DNA of 64,000 bases from Scyliorhinus canicula (taxonomy: Eukaryota): assembly GCF_902713615.1 (NCBI RefSeq), contig NC_052149.1, positions 126,297,256-126,361,255 of the forward strand, written 5' to 3'. Both the position numbers and the translations under genes were made by a program. The notes below the pieces were generated by a model. That model worked only from the letters and a program-made list of their open reading frames with translations, did not search any database and was not told where the DNA came from. Shown piece after piece: positions 45,331-57,329 of this stretch; the stretch's first letter is position 1; the number at the start of each line of letters is the position of its first letter.

Positions 45331-47812
45331 ACGCCAGAAGTATAGCAGGTAAGCCAGATGAATTTAGAGCACTTATTAGTACTTGGAATGATGATGTGTT
45401 GGCTAGCACAGAAACGTTGTTAAAGGGGTTGGCAGCTGAACATTGGAGGATATAGATGCTTCAGGAGGGATAGAGGGGGATGTAAGAAGGGTAGGGGAGT
45501 AGCATTACTGGTTAAGGAGAATATTACAGCCATACTGCGGGAGGACACATTGGAGGGCTCATACAATGAGGCAATCTGGGAGAGCTCAGGAACAGGAAGG
45601 GGGTAATCACAATGTTGGACGTTTATTACAGGCAACCCAACTGCCAGCAAGAGATAGAGGAGCAGATAGGTCGAGAGATATAGGATAGGTGCAAAAGTAA
45701 CAGGGTTGTTGTGGTTGGAGATATAAATTTCCCGTATATTGATTGGGACTTACTCAGTGCGAGGGCCTTGGGTGGGGCAAAGTCTGTAAGGTGCATCCAG
45801 GAAGGCTTCTTGATGCAATATGTAGATAGTCCAACTAGGGAAGGGGCAGTACTGGACCTGGTATTCGGAAATGAGCCTGGACAGGTGGTTGAGGTTTCAA
45901 TAGGGGAACATTTTGTTTCAGAAGGGGAACATATTGGGAGTAGTGACCACAATTCCTTAAGTTTTAGGGTATTTTTGGATAGGTATGAGGTTTAAGTGCT
46001 AAACTGGGGAAAGGCAAATTACGATAACATTAGACAGAAATTGAAGAATTTGGATTGAGTGCGGCTGTTGGAGGGCAAATCAACATCGGAGTTGTGGGTG
46101 TCTTTCAAGCGACAGTTAATTAAGATTCAGGAAAGTCACGTTCCTGAGAGAACGAAGGGTAAGTATGGGAAGTCTAGGGAGCCTTGGATAACGAGGATAT
46201 TGTGAACCTCGTCAAAAAGAAAAAGGCTTTTGTACGATCTAGAAGGCTGGGGGCAGTCAAAACCCTTGAGGAGTATAAAGAAAGTAGGAAGGCACTTAAG
46301 TGGGAAATTAGGAGGGCTGGGAGAGGTCAGGAAAAGTCCTTGGCAAGTAAGATTAAGGTGAATCCCAAAGCTTTTTATTCATATGCAAAAAGCATTCCTT
46401 ATGATTTCTTGACTACCTTGTCCACTTGTGTTGCCACTTTCAGAGGTGCTACCCTTTACCTTCTGAGCCAGTTCTGTATCCATCTTAGCACCTCACCTCT
46501 GATCCCGTGTGACTTCACCTTTTGTACCAGTCTGCCATGAGGCACTTTGTCAAAAGCTTCACTGAAGCCCATGTAAACAATATCATCTTTGTCACCTCCT
46601 CAAAAAACTCGATCAAGTTAATGAAGCATGATCTCCCCTTCACAAAACCATGCTGATTATTGCTAATGAGTCCATTTGTTTCCAAATGGGTGTAAATCCT
46701 GTCCCTGAGAATTCTCTCCAATAATTTACCGACTACTTTATAGGCTCACGGGCCTATAGTTTCCAGGATTATCCCTGCTACCTTTCTTAAACAGCGGTAC
46801 CACTTGAGGTAGTCTCCAGTCCTCTGGGATCTCACTTATAGCCAATGAGGATACAAAGATGTCAGTCAAGGACCCAACAATTTCCTCCCTTGCTTCCCTC
46901 AATATTCTGGGGTAAATCCCATCCGGCCCAGGAGACTTATCTACCTTAATATCTTTTAAAAGACCCAATACCTCCTCCTTTTTGATGTTAACATGATCTA
47001 GGCTGTCCACATACCCTACCCAAGAATCATCTTCCACAAAGTCCCTTTCTTTGGAGAACACTGATCCAAAGTATTCATTTAGTACCTCGCTCATTTCCTC
47101 TGGCTCAACACATAGATCCCCCCACTGTCCTTAAATGGCCCAATTCCTTCCCTGGCCACCTTTGAAGCACAAGTGGACAAAGTCGTCAAGAAAACAGAAG
47201 GAATTCATTGGATGAGGCATTGAGTATAAAAATTGGCAAGTCATACTCCAGTTGTATAAAACCTTGGTAAGACTGCACTTGGAATATTGCGCACAATTCA
47301 GGTCTCCACACTACCAGAAGGCTGTGGAGGCTTTGGAGAGGGTGCAGAGGAGGTTTACCAGGGTGTTGCCTGGTCTGGAGGGTGTTAGCTATGCGGAGAG
47401 GCTGAATAGACTCGGACTGTTTTCATTAGAACGACGGAGGTTGAGGGGTGACCTGATAGAGGTCTACAATATTATGAGGGACATGGATAGAGTGGATGGG
47501 CAGGCACTCGTTCCCAGGGTGGAGGGGTCAGTCACCAGGGGGCATAGGTTTAAGGTCTGTGGGGCAAAGTTTGGAGGAGATGTGTGAGGCAGGTTTTTTA
47601 TGCAGAGTGTGGTGAGTGCCTGGAACGCATTGCCAGGGAAGGTTGTGGAAGCAATACCGGCATTCAAAAGGCATCTTGACAAATACATGGATAGGATGGG
47701 TATAGAGGGACACGGCACAAGGAAGTGCTGAGGGTTTTGGCCAAGGGTGGTATCATGACAGGTACAGGCTTGGAGGGCCGAAGGGCCTGTTCCTGTGCTG
47801 TATTGTTCTTTG
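45330..47812. mobile_element. Decayed CR1 with an internally inverted segment (about 46390-47160)
   Basis: The + strand EN runs to KAFYSYAK, the following RT part lies on the - strand, and the 3' end returns to +. Confidence 0.8.
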
Positions 47813-47824
47813 CAGGGTAATACC

Positions 47825-48040
47825 TGAAACCCACTTTGATCCTACCATGGCAAATTCAATAAATGCCTGGAATTATAAGTCTTATGTTGATGATACCTTT
47901 ACCGATTGTCATAAAAACCCATCTGGTTCACAAATGCCCTTTCTGGAAGGCAATCTGCCTCCTTTCCTGGTCTGGCCTACATGTGACTCCAGACCCACAG
48001 TAATGTGGTTCACTCTGAAAGCCCCTGAAATGGCCTCGCT
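47825..48040 (+). mobile_element. DeuSINE (SacSINE1-like) fragment
   Basis: aaaaacccatctggttcac...ggtctggcctacatgtgactccagacccacag block recalled from DeuSINEs. Confidence 0.55.
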
Positions 48041-48074
48041 GGGCACTCCGTCTGTCAAACCACCACAGATAAAT

Positions 48075-48440
48075 GGAGATAGGGACGGTTGAAGGGGCTG
48101 GAGGAGGTTTCAATTATAGGGAATGTTGTAGGGATTGGAGGAGGTTACAGAGATAGGGAGGATTAGAGGAGCTGGTGGAGGTTATAGAGATAGGGAGGGT
48201 TGGAGGGGCTTGTTGCAGTTACAGAGGTAGGGAGGGTTGTCGGGGCTGTGCGAGGTTACAGAGATGGAGAATGGTGATGGGTTGATGAGGTTACAGGGAT
48301 AGGGAGGGGTGCAGTGGCTCAAGGAGGTTACAGAGATAGGTAGGGTTGTAGGGGCAGGAGGAGGTTACAGAGATAGGGAGGGTTGTCGGGGCTGGAGAGG
48401 GTTGCAGAGATAGTGAGTGAAGGGTATGGAGGGGTTTAAT
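48075..48440 (+). repeat. Degenerate purine-rich minisatellite (gaggttacagagatagggagggttg...)
   Basis: The core recurs about 8 times with about 35-40 bp spacing. Confidence 0.75.
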
Positions 48441-48672
48441 TCCGAGGCAGTATAAATGAGTGAGGGGGTGAAAGCTGTGATACAATTAGTACAAGTTTGG
48501 ATCTGGACAGTGGAATATTTACTGAGCTGACGTTTCTGGAGAACGTGAGGCTGGGCAGGAGCACATTGAAATGTTCAGGTCTGGAGGGAATCAAATCATT
48601 AATGAAGATTTGAAGGGCAGGAAAGTGGAGGCAGGGACGGAGTTGGTCAATGTTACAAATGTGGAAAGAAGT

Positions 48673-50350
48673 GGGGCGGGATTCTCCGTCCAGCGACACC
48701 AAAATGGCAAAAAGCGATTGGGTGTGGAATTGGGCGTGTGCTGAAAACCGAGGCTGTCGCCAGGCACCCACGGAATGCCATGCTCCGGGGCTTCTACAAC
48801 GATGTGAATGTGAACTATGCCACACCCCGGCGTGGGCATGCTAACTGTAGAGTAAAGGCCATTGGCATTTCCTGAATAGGCCTGACCTGGCATTCTCCAG
48901 GCCTCCTGGCATCTCCGCCCCTGCCAGAAGGAGGTACCGATATCAAGATTCACTTTAAAATCAGAAACCGGTGTCTTGGCTGCTGACGGAGCTGTCGGAG
49001 GTAAGACATGATCCCAAAGGTCCACCCGTGAGCTGCCGGTCCGGCCACATGACGGGGTGCACTTCACTAACAGCAAGGGGTGCCACTCCATGAATGTGCA
49101 GTTAGGGTGTGACCATGAACTGCACTCCATGCACATCTGCACCCGCTACCCATGCAGCATGCATGACACCTTCATCCTGGAACACTCGACAGTACCTGAC
49201 ATCTTTGAGGCGCATCCCCGAGTGAGGGGTTGTTTCTTGGGCGACAGGGGTTATTTCCCACGGTCATGGCTGATGGCGTCTATGCGGAGGCCACAGACCA
49301 ACGTGGAAACCTGCGACAACGACACTCATGCAGCGAACAGGGGCATCACCATCCTGAAGATGTAGTTCAGGTGCCTGGACCGCCTTGGAGGGGCTTCCAG
49401 TATAGCCCCAGGAATGGCTGAGGACTCTGGGTCTGTATTCGTTGGAGTTTAGAAGGATAAGGGGTGGATCTTATTGAAACATACAGGATACTGCGAGGCC
49501 TGGATAGAATGGACGTGGAGAGGATGTTTCCACTTGTAGGCAAAATTAGAAGGAGAGGACTCCATCTCAGACTAAAGGAACGATCATTTAAAACAGAGAA
49601 GAGGAGGAATTTCTTTAGCCAGAGGGTAGTGAATCTGTGGAACGCTTTTCCGCAGAAGGCTGTGATGGCCAAATCACTGAGTGTCTTTGAGACAAAGACA
49701 GGTTATTAGTCAATAATGGGAGCAGGGGTTATAGGGAGAAGGCAGAAGATTGGGGATGAGAAAATTATCAGCCATGGTTGAATGGCGGATCAGAGTCGAT
49801 GGGCCAAATGGCCGAATTCTGTTCCTGTGTCTCATGGTCTAATGGTGTGAAGGGCCAGAATGAGCAGGGACATGGGGCACAGGAGGCCACACAACGTCAG
49901 GGCTGCCGCCACCAGGTTCGTTGACCACGGGGCCTGGCCGGTGACAGTTCGAACTTCCTGTCCCACCCCAACACAACCACAACCCTCTCTTCTTCCCCCC
50001 AGCCAGTCACCCCCTTCCCTGTCCACCCAATCTGCATCCCCCCAATCCCCCGCCCCCCTCTCTGTGCTTCCTACCTGCTTCACTGCAGGGTGCAGGCCCT
50101 GGATTGATAGTATCAGCGGGTCTGGTGCATGGAATGGAGAAAGATGAGGACTCACTCTGCGATGAGCTCTGGTGCTTCTCATCATTTGACAACATCTGGC
50201 TCCTGCCCTTAGCAGCACTTTCCCCGTCCACCTGAGTAATCGCTGCATACGTACTGGCCATCCCATCCTATGGTCCGATCGAACCTCTGGGTCGTGGAGA
50301 TGTAGACGGGGTTTGGGGGGGTTGATGGTTACCAGCACAGTGTGCGTCAT
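48673..50350 (+). mobile_element. Harbinger element with DDE transposase relic (about 49030-49410)
   Basis: GGGGCGGGATTCTCC terminus. KGCHSMNVQLGCDH...YPCSMHDTFIL...LGDRGY...LKM*FRCLD is HARBI1/DDE_Tnp_4-like. A CR1 3' fragment is inserted at about 49415-49845. Confidence 0.82.
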
Positions 50351-50825
50351 GCATCAGGTAGGCCCAACCACATATCTAGCCACATCCCCTGCCGCATCCA
50401 GGGGCGGCTCTGGGGGCAGCCTCCGACTGCCCAGGGGCCCTGACCCGTTCCCACCTCCAAGGAACAAGCCCCACACCAGCAGCCTCCCATCTCCATTTCT
50501 GATGTACGGCCTGGGGATCCAGCTAGACAGAGCATTTGGGTATGTAAGGCTAGAAGGGTAGACACCAGTTAAGTTGGCACAGTTGAAGCACATTGGTTAG
50601 TGATAGGGGCTAGGGTACAATAAATGTACATATCACAATAAACACCTGTTCACAAACGTTCCGACCTACCTCAGGGCTCTGTCTGTTGGGTGTGAGGGCT
50701 GGGCTGGGCTGGGGTGCAGAGGGCATGCCGGGGGTGGGGGAGGGGGATTGTTGGGAGGCTGTCCACCTCCTCTTCCTCGGCCTATTGGGAGGCTGGCCCC
50801 CCAGCCTGTGTGGCTTCCATCTGCC

Positions 50826-53132
50826 CCTCTGCAGCCCGGTCCTCTGCAGCCCGGTCCTCTGCAGCTGGTCCTCTGCAGCTGGTCCTCTGCAGCCCGGTCC
50901 TCTGTAGCCCGGTCCTCTGCAGCTGGTCCTCTGCAGCCCGGTCCTCTGCAGCCCGATCCTCGGCAGCCCGGTCCTCTGCAGCCCGGTCCTCTGCAGCCCG
51001 GTCCTCTGCAGCCCGATCCTCTGCAGCCCGATCCTCGGCAGCCCGGTCCTCTGCAGCTCGGTCCACTGCAGCCCGGTCCTCTGCAGCCCGGCCCTCTGCA
51101 GCTCGATCCTCTGCAGCCCAATCCTCTGCAGCCCGGTCCTCTGCAGCTCGGTCCTCTGCAACCCGGTCCTCTGCAACCTGGTCCTCTGCAGCCCGGTCCT
51201 CTGCAGCTCGGTCCTTTGCAGCCCGGTCCTCTGCAGCCCGGTCCTCTGCAGCCCGGTCCTCTGCAGCCCGATCCTCTGCAGCCCGATCCTCTGCAGCCCC
51301 ATCCTTTGCAGCCCGGTCCTTTGCAACCCAATCCTCTGCAGCCCGGTCCTCTGCAGCCCAATCCTCTGCAGCTCGGTCCTCTGCAGCCCGGTCCTCTGCA
51401 GCCCGATCCTCTGCAGCTCGGTCCTCTGCAGCCCGGTCCTCTGCAGCCCGGTCCTCTGCAGCCCGATCCTCTGCAGCCCGGTCCTCTGCAGCCCGGTCCT
51501 CTGCAGCCCAATCCTCTGCAGCCCGGTCCTCTGCAGCCCGGTCCTTTGCAACCCGATCCTCTGCAGCCCGGTCCTCTGCAGCCCCATCCTTTGCAGCCCG
51601 GTCCTTTGCAACCCGGTCCTCTGCAGCCCGGTCCTCTGCAACCCGGTCCTCTGCTGCCCGGTCCTCTGCAGCCCGATCCTCTGCAGCCCGGTCCTCTGCA
51701 GCCCGGTCCTCTGCAACCCGGTCCTCTGCAGCCCGGTCCTCTGCAGCCCAATCCTCTGCAGCCCAATCCTCTGCAGCCCGGTCCCCTGCAGCCCAATCCT
51801 CTGCAGCCCGGTCCTTTGCAGCTCGGCCCTCTGCAGCCTGGTCTTCTGCAGCCCGGTCCTCTGCAGCCCGGTCCTTTGCAGCTTGGTCCTCTGCAGCCCG
51901 GTCCTCTGCAGCCCGGTCCTCTGCAGCCCCATCCTTTGCAGCCCGGTCCTTTGCAACCCGGTCCTCTGCAGCCCAATCCTCTGCAGCCCGGTCCTCTGCA
52001 GCTCGGGTCCTCTGCAACCCGGTCCTCTGCACCTGGTCCTCTGCAACCCGGTCCTCGGCAGCCCGTTCCTTTGCAGCCCGGTCCTCTGCAGCCCGATCCT
52101 CTGCAGCCCGGTCCTCTGCAGCCCGGTCCTCTGCAGCCCGATCCTCTGCAGCCCCATCCTTTGCAGCCCGGTCCTTTGCAACCCAATCCTCTGCAGCTCG
52201 GTCCTCTGCAGCCCAATCCTCTGCAGCTCGGTCCTCTGCAGCCCGGTCCTCTGCAGCCCGATCCTCTGCAGCTCGGTCCTCTGCAGCCCGGTCCTCTGCA
52301 GCCCGGTCCTCTGCAGCCCGATCCTCTGCAGCCCGGTCCTCTGCAGCCCGGTCCTCTGCAGCCCAATCCTCTGCAGCCCGGTCCTCTGCAGCCCGGTCCT
52401 TTGCAACCCGATCCTCTGCAGCCCGGTCCTCTGCAGCCCCATCCTTTGCAGCCCGGTCCTTTGCAACCCGGTCCTCTGCAGCCCGGTCCTCTGCAACCCG
52501 GTCCTCTGCTGCCCGGTCCTCTGCAGCCCGATCCTCTGCAGCCCGGTCCTCTGCAGCCCGGTCCTCTGCACCCGGTCCTCTGCAACCCGGTCCTCTGCAG
52601 CCCGATCCTCTGCAGCGCTCAGGTCCTCTGCAGATCAATCCTCTCAGCATCTCTGCAGACCCGTCCCTATGCAGCCCGGTCCTCTGCGCTCGAGCCTCTT
52701 GCAGCTCGATCCTCTGCAGCCCGAGTCCTCTGCAGCCCGGTCCTCTGACAGCTCGATCCTCTGCAGCTCGATCCTCTGCAGGCTCGATCCTCTGCAGCCC
52801 GGTCCCTCTGCAGCCCGGTCCTCTGTCATCTCGGATCCTCTGCCAGCTCGATCACTCCTGCAGCTCGATCCTCTGCAGCCCGGCACCTCTGCAGCTTCGA
52901 TCCTCTGGCAGCCCAGTCCCTCTGCAGGCCCGGTCCTCTGCAGCCCGTTCCTCTGCAGCCCGGTCCTCTGCAGCCCGGTCCTCTGCAGCCCGATCCTCTG
53001 CAGCCCGAGCCTCTGCAGCCCGGTCCTCTACAGCCCAGTTCTCTGCAGCCTGGTCCTCTGCAGCCTGGTCCCCTGCAGCCTGGTCCTCTGCAGCCCGGTC
53101 CTCTGAAGCCCGGTCCTCTGCAGCGGTCCTTT
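50826..53132. repeat. 15-bp tandem array (CAGCCCGGTCCTCTG, about 150 units) with higher-order duplication
   Basis: Direct periodicity. A rare variant ctgctg at 51651 and 52506 marks an 855-bp (57-unit) offset. Confidence 0.97.
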
Positions 53133-53163
53133 GCTGGCCGCTCTGCTGCTGCAACTTCCTCCT

Positions 53164-53491
53164 CATAGATACATACATAGACCATACAGTGCAGAAGGAC
53201 ATTGAGCCCATCGAGTCTGCACCGACCCACTTAAGTCCTCACTTCCATTCTATTCCCGTAACCCAGTAACCCCTCCTAACCTTTTTTGGACACTAAGGGC
53301 CAAGTTAGCATGGCCAATCCACCTAACCTGCCCGTCTTTGGACTGGGGGGAAACCGGAGCACCCGGAGGAAACCCACGCAGACACGGGGAGAATGTGCAG
53401 ACTTCACACAGACAGTGACCCAGCCGGGAATTGAACCTGGGACCCTGGTGCTGTGAAGCCACAGTGCTAGCCACGTGTGCACCATCCTGCC
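53164..53491 (-). mobile_element. HE1-like SINE with CR1-type tail
   Basis: Degenerate A/B-box head, V-SINE core and ctgtatggtctatgtatgtatctatg tail. Confidence 0.82.
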
Positions 53492-53765
53492 TCCTCTCTG
53501 AGCGGTGGCCTGGCCGGCAGCCCACAGTCACTCCACGCCATCTCCTACCTCCTCTCTCTCCCTCAGCAGCCATAACACCAGGTTCACCATTTTTGAGAGC
53601 ACAAGTGAACCACGCAGTCAGGAACTCAGCCAATCGGAGGCAGTGAATCTCGGAGGCCTGGAGAATAGGGTGTCAGGCCCGCTAATGATATGTCTACTGT
53701 ACTTTAACCCCATGAGGTAAGCAACGCATTTTCCCCATTTTCGAGGTGCCGGAGCATCCCGATTT

Positions 53766-54060
53766 AGTGGGGGGGGGGTGAGGGGATGGGGGGGGATGGG
53801 GGGGGGGGGGGTGGGGGGGGGGGAGTTGGGAAGGTGGTGGGGTAGTGGGGGATGGGGATGGGGAGGGGGGAGGGGGTGTGTGGGGGGGAGGGGGGAGGGG
53901 GTGGGGGGGAGGGGGAAAGGGAGAGGGGTGGGGGGGAGGGGGAGGGGGTGTGGGGTGTGGTTGGGGATGGGTGTGGGGGGGGTGGAGGGGGTGGGGAGGT
54001 GGGGAGGTGTGGGGGTGGTGGTGGGGGGGGTAGGGGGTGGGGGGGTGGTGGGGTCTGAGG
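53766..54060. repeat. G-run-rich low-complexity tract
   Basis: Nearly continuous G3-G14 runs, located at the Pro-rich tail of the Gypsy 2 integrase. Confidence 0.9.
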
Positions 54061-57000
54061 GAGACTGTGTCTTGGCGGTCGTTGGGGTACGCTACGTAGG
54101 CGTAGCTGTACCCTCCCAACCAACGGGTCCGTCTTGTGTAGCCGCACGTGCTTACGGAGGAGAATGGGTCCTGGAGCTGCCAGCCACGTTGGGAGCGAAA
54201 CCCCGGAGGTGGACTTCCTGGGGAAGGCAAGGAGACGTTCACCGGGGGTTGCATTAGTCACAGTGCAAAGGAGCGACCAAGTGTAGTGAAGTGTGTCGGG
54301 GAGGACCTCCTGCCAGCGGGAGGCCGGGAGCGTTCTGGACCGTAGGGCCAGCTGGACGGCCCTGGAGACCGTCCCATTCTCCCGCTCCACCTGCCCGTTG
54401 CCCCTGGGGTTGTAGCTGGTCGTCCTGCTCGAGGCAATTGCCCCTGTTGAGCAGGTACTGGCGCAGCTCGTCGCTCATAAATGAGGATCCCCGGTCGCTG
54501 TGGACATAGGCGGGGAAACCGAACAGAGCGAAGATGGTGTTCAGAGCTTTGATGACGGTGGCAGACGTCATATCGGGGCATGGGATGGCGAAGGGGAATC
54601 TGGAGTATTCATCAACCACGTTAAGAAAGGACGTGTTTCGGTCGGTGGAGGGGAGGGGCCCTTTGAAATCCACCCTGAGGCGTTCAAAGGAGCGGGAGGC
54701 CTTCACCAGGGGCGCACGGTCTGGCCGATAGAAGTGCAGCTTGCAATCTGTGCAGACCCGGCAGTCCCTGGTGATCGCCCTGACTTCCTCGCTGGAGTAG
54801 GGCTGATTGCAGGGCCTTTATGAAGTGGTAAAAGCGGGTGACAGAGATCGTCGTGCAGGGTCTGGAGTCAGTCCACTTGTGCGCTGGCACATGTACCTCG
54901 GGACAGGGCATCGGGGGGCTCGTTGAGCTTGCCGGGGTGATACAAAATCTCGTAATTGTAGGTGGAGTGCTCGATCCTCCACCTAAAGATTTTATCATTT
55001 TTGATCTTGCCCCGCTGTGTGGTGTTGAACATGAAGGCAGCCAACCGTTGGTCAGTGAGGAGAGTGAATCTCCTACCGGCCAGGTAATGCCTCCAATGCA
55101 CAGCTTCAACGATGGCTTGGGCCTCCTTTTCGACGGAGGAGTGCCGAATTTCGGAGGCATGGAGGGTGCGGGAAAGAATGCCTCGGGCTTGACTGCCTGG
55201 TTGAGGGTGGCGGCCAGAGCGACGTCTGATGCATCGCTCTAGACTTGGAAGGGGAGCGTCTCGTCGACCGCGTGCATCGCGGCCTAGGCTATGCTGGCCT
55301 TGATACGGTTGAAGGCCTGGTGAGCCTCGACCGTCAGTGGGAAAACGGTGAAGTGGATGAGTGGGCAGGCCTTGTCTGCATAGTTTGGGACCCACTGGGC
55401 ATAGTACGAGAAGAAGCCCAGGCATCGTTTTAGGGCCTTGGGGCAGTGGGGAAGGGGGACTTCCATGAGGGAGCGCATGGGATCGGGGTTGGGCCCTAGA
55501 ACACCATTCTGGACCACATAGCCGAGGATGGCTAATCGGTTAGTGCTGAACACACACTTCTCCTTGTTGTAGGTTAGGTTAAGGAGTTTGGCGGTGTGGG
55601 GGAATTTGGAAAGATTAGTGGCGTGGTCCTGCTGGTCGTGGCCGCAGATGGTGATGTTGTCCAGATACGGGAAAGTGGCCCGCAGTCCGTTCCGGTCAAC
55701 CATTCGGTCCATCTCCCATTGGAAGACCGAGACCCCATTAGTGACGCCAAAAGGAATCTGCCAAATTTCAGGGCTAGGCTCTGGAGGTTGCACTGGAAGT
55801 CCAGGCCGAGTAGCAAGGCAGCTCAGAGATTGGGGAGGATGTAGAGCCGAAAGCCACTGAACTCTACTCCCTGGATGGTGAGGGCGGCGATGCAGTACCC
55901 CCGGATCACCACGGAGTGGGATCCGGAGGCCAAGGAGATTCTCTGGTTAATGGGGTGTACTGTGAGGGAGCAGCGCCTTACCGTATCGGGTGGATGAAGC
56001 TCTCAGTGCTCCCAGAGTCCAGAAGGCAGGAATTCTTGTGCCCGTTGATCTTCACTGTCGTCGACGCGGTCGCGAGGTTGTGCGGTCGGGACTGGTCGAT
56101 CGTGATGGAAGCGAGAACGCGGCTGGTCGGCGGCGGTTGCAGGCGATGAGCGGCCCGATGAGGTGTCCGACGAGCAGGGATCCTGAGGCGGGTAATATGG
56201 CGGCGCCCACGGGCCACACGTGTTGTGAGGCGAGGAAGATGGCGGCGCCCACGGGTTGCACGTGGGGGGCGCAGGGATAATAGCGGCGATCAAGCGGGCC
56301 TGCACACAGCAGCGAAATGTCCTTTCTTCCCGCAGGCCTTGCAGAGCAAGCTCTGTGCTGGGCAGCGCTGCCGGGGGTGTTTTGTCTGTACGCAGAAGTA
56401 GCACTTGGGTCCCGTAGGGTTGGTTGGCTGCCGCGCGACGCAGGCCTGGGGTTGACTGGGGGAGGTCGCTGATTGGGTCCACGATGGGGTGTTCGCTGGC
56501 GGGGTCCACGCTGCCCAGGAGGGGTGGGCCGTGCGGTCGGGGGCATATGCCTGTACATTGCGTAATGCGACTGTGAGCGAGATCGCTAGATTCTTGGTCG
56601 CCACAGGGTCTAAGTCACTGGCGGATGTAGGCCGACCCTATGCCCGTGACGAAAGTGTCTCTAAGTAGCAGGTCAGAATGCTCAGCGGCCGAAACGGCCT
56701 GGCAATCGCAGTCCCTCACCAGGGCGTGCAGGGCACACCATAAATCCTCCACAGACTCACCAGGGAGTTGATGCCGCGTGGACAGGAGGTGCTTGGCGTA
56801 GATTTTGTTGGTCTGCTGAGTGTAGTTCTCCTTCAGTAGCGCCATGGCCTCAGCGTAGGTAGACGGGTCCGGGATGAGGGGAAAGATATCGGAGCTCAGC
56901 CGGGTGTACAGGATCTGGAGCTTTTGTGCCTCTGAGGGTGGTTCAGTCGCAGATCCGATGTAGGTTTCAAAGCAAGCTAGCCAATGTGCGAAGGCCGATT

Positions 57001-57325
57001 TGGCGTTGTCTGCTTGAGGGTGCAGCTGCAGGCGATCAGGCTTAATGCGGAGATCCATCGTTGTAAAATCTCTGCGTAATAAATTGCTGCACTATCAATT
57101 ACGACGAGACAAGAGTAGAGAGTAATCGAGGCTTTATTAAGCAGAGATGTGTAGCCTCCCGCAGCTGCTGCCGAAATGGCTGCAGCTCGGTGAGCACACA
57201 CATTTATACTCCGCCTACTGGGCGGAGCCAGCAGGCAGGGATCTGCCCCCGTACCTGTAGCACAGGGGCTTTACCGTAATACCCTCGTATACGGTATATA
57301 CAATACAACAGTGGTGACTACCTCA
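53766..57325 (-). mobile_element. Gypsy LTR retrotransposon 2 (5' LTR 57085-57325; no 3' LTR; RT internally deleted)
   Basis: 241-bp LTR with TATAAA and AATAAA. Gag ATG at 57058 (MDLRIKPDRLQL), CYFC/CKAC knuckles, PR (LLDSGSTES), RT (PFG, YLDN), RH (LTDQ) and IN (VDFKGPL, HSDRG). Confidence 0.92.
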
Positions 57326-57329
57326 GGCC

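Larger units (their letters stand above)
50350..53765 (-). mobile_element. Internally deleted Harbinger element carrying the 15-bp array in its transposase N-terminus
   Basis: EEVAAAERPA-[EDRAA]n-EGQMEATQAGGPASQ*AEEEEV on minus, with the Myb 3' end on plus (stop at 50570-72). The end region resembles the reverse complement of 31550-31860. Confidence 0.65.

Noticed and set aside
49030-49410. Host HARBI1 gene
   Set aside because: Fragmentary, contains stops and deletions, and lies next to a TIR; it is a transposon relic.
50610-53269. Giant ORFs of 400-850 aa in six frames
   Set aside because: Artefact of a stop-free 15-bp tandem unit; not independent genes.
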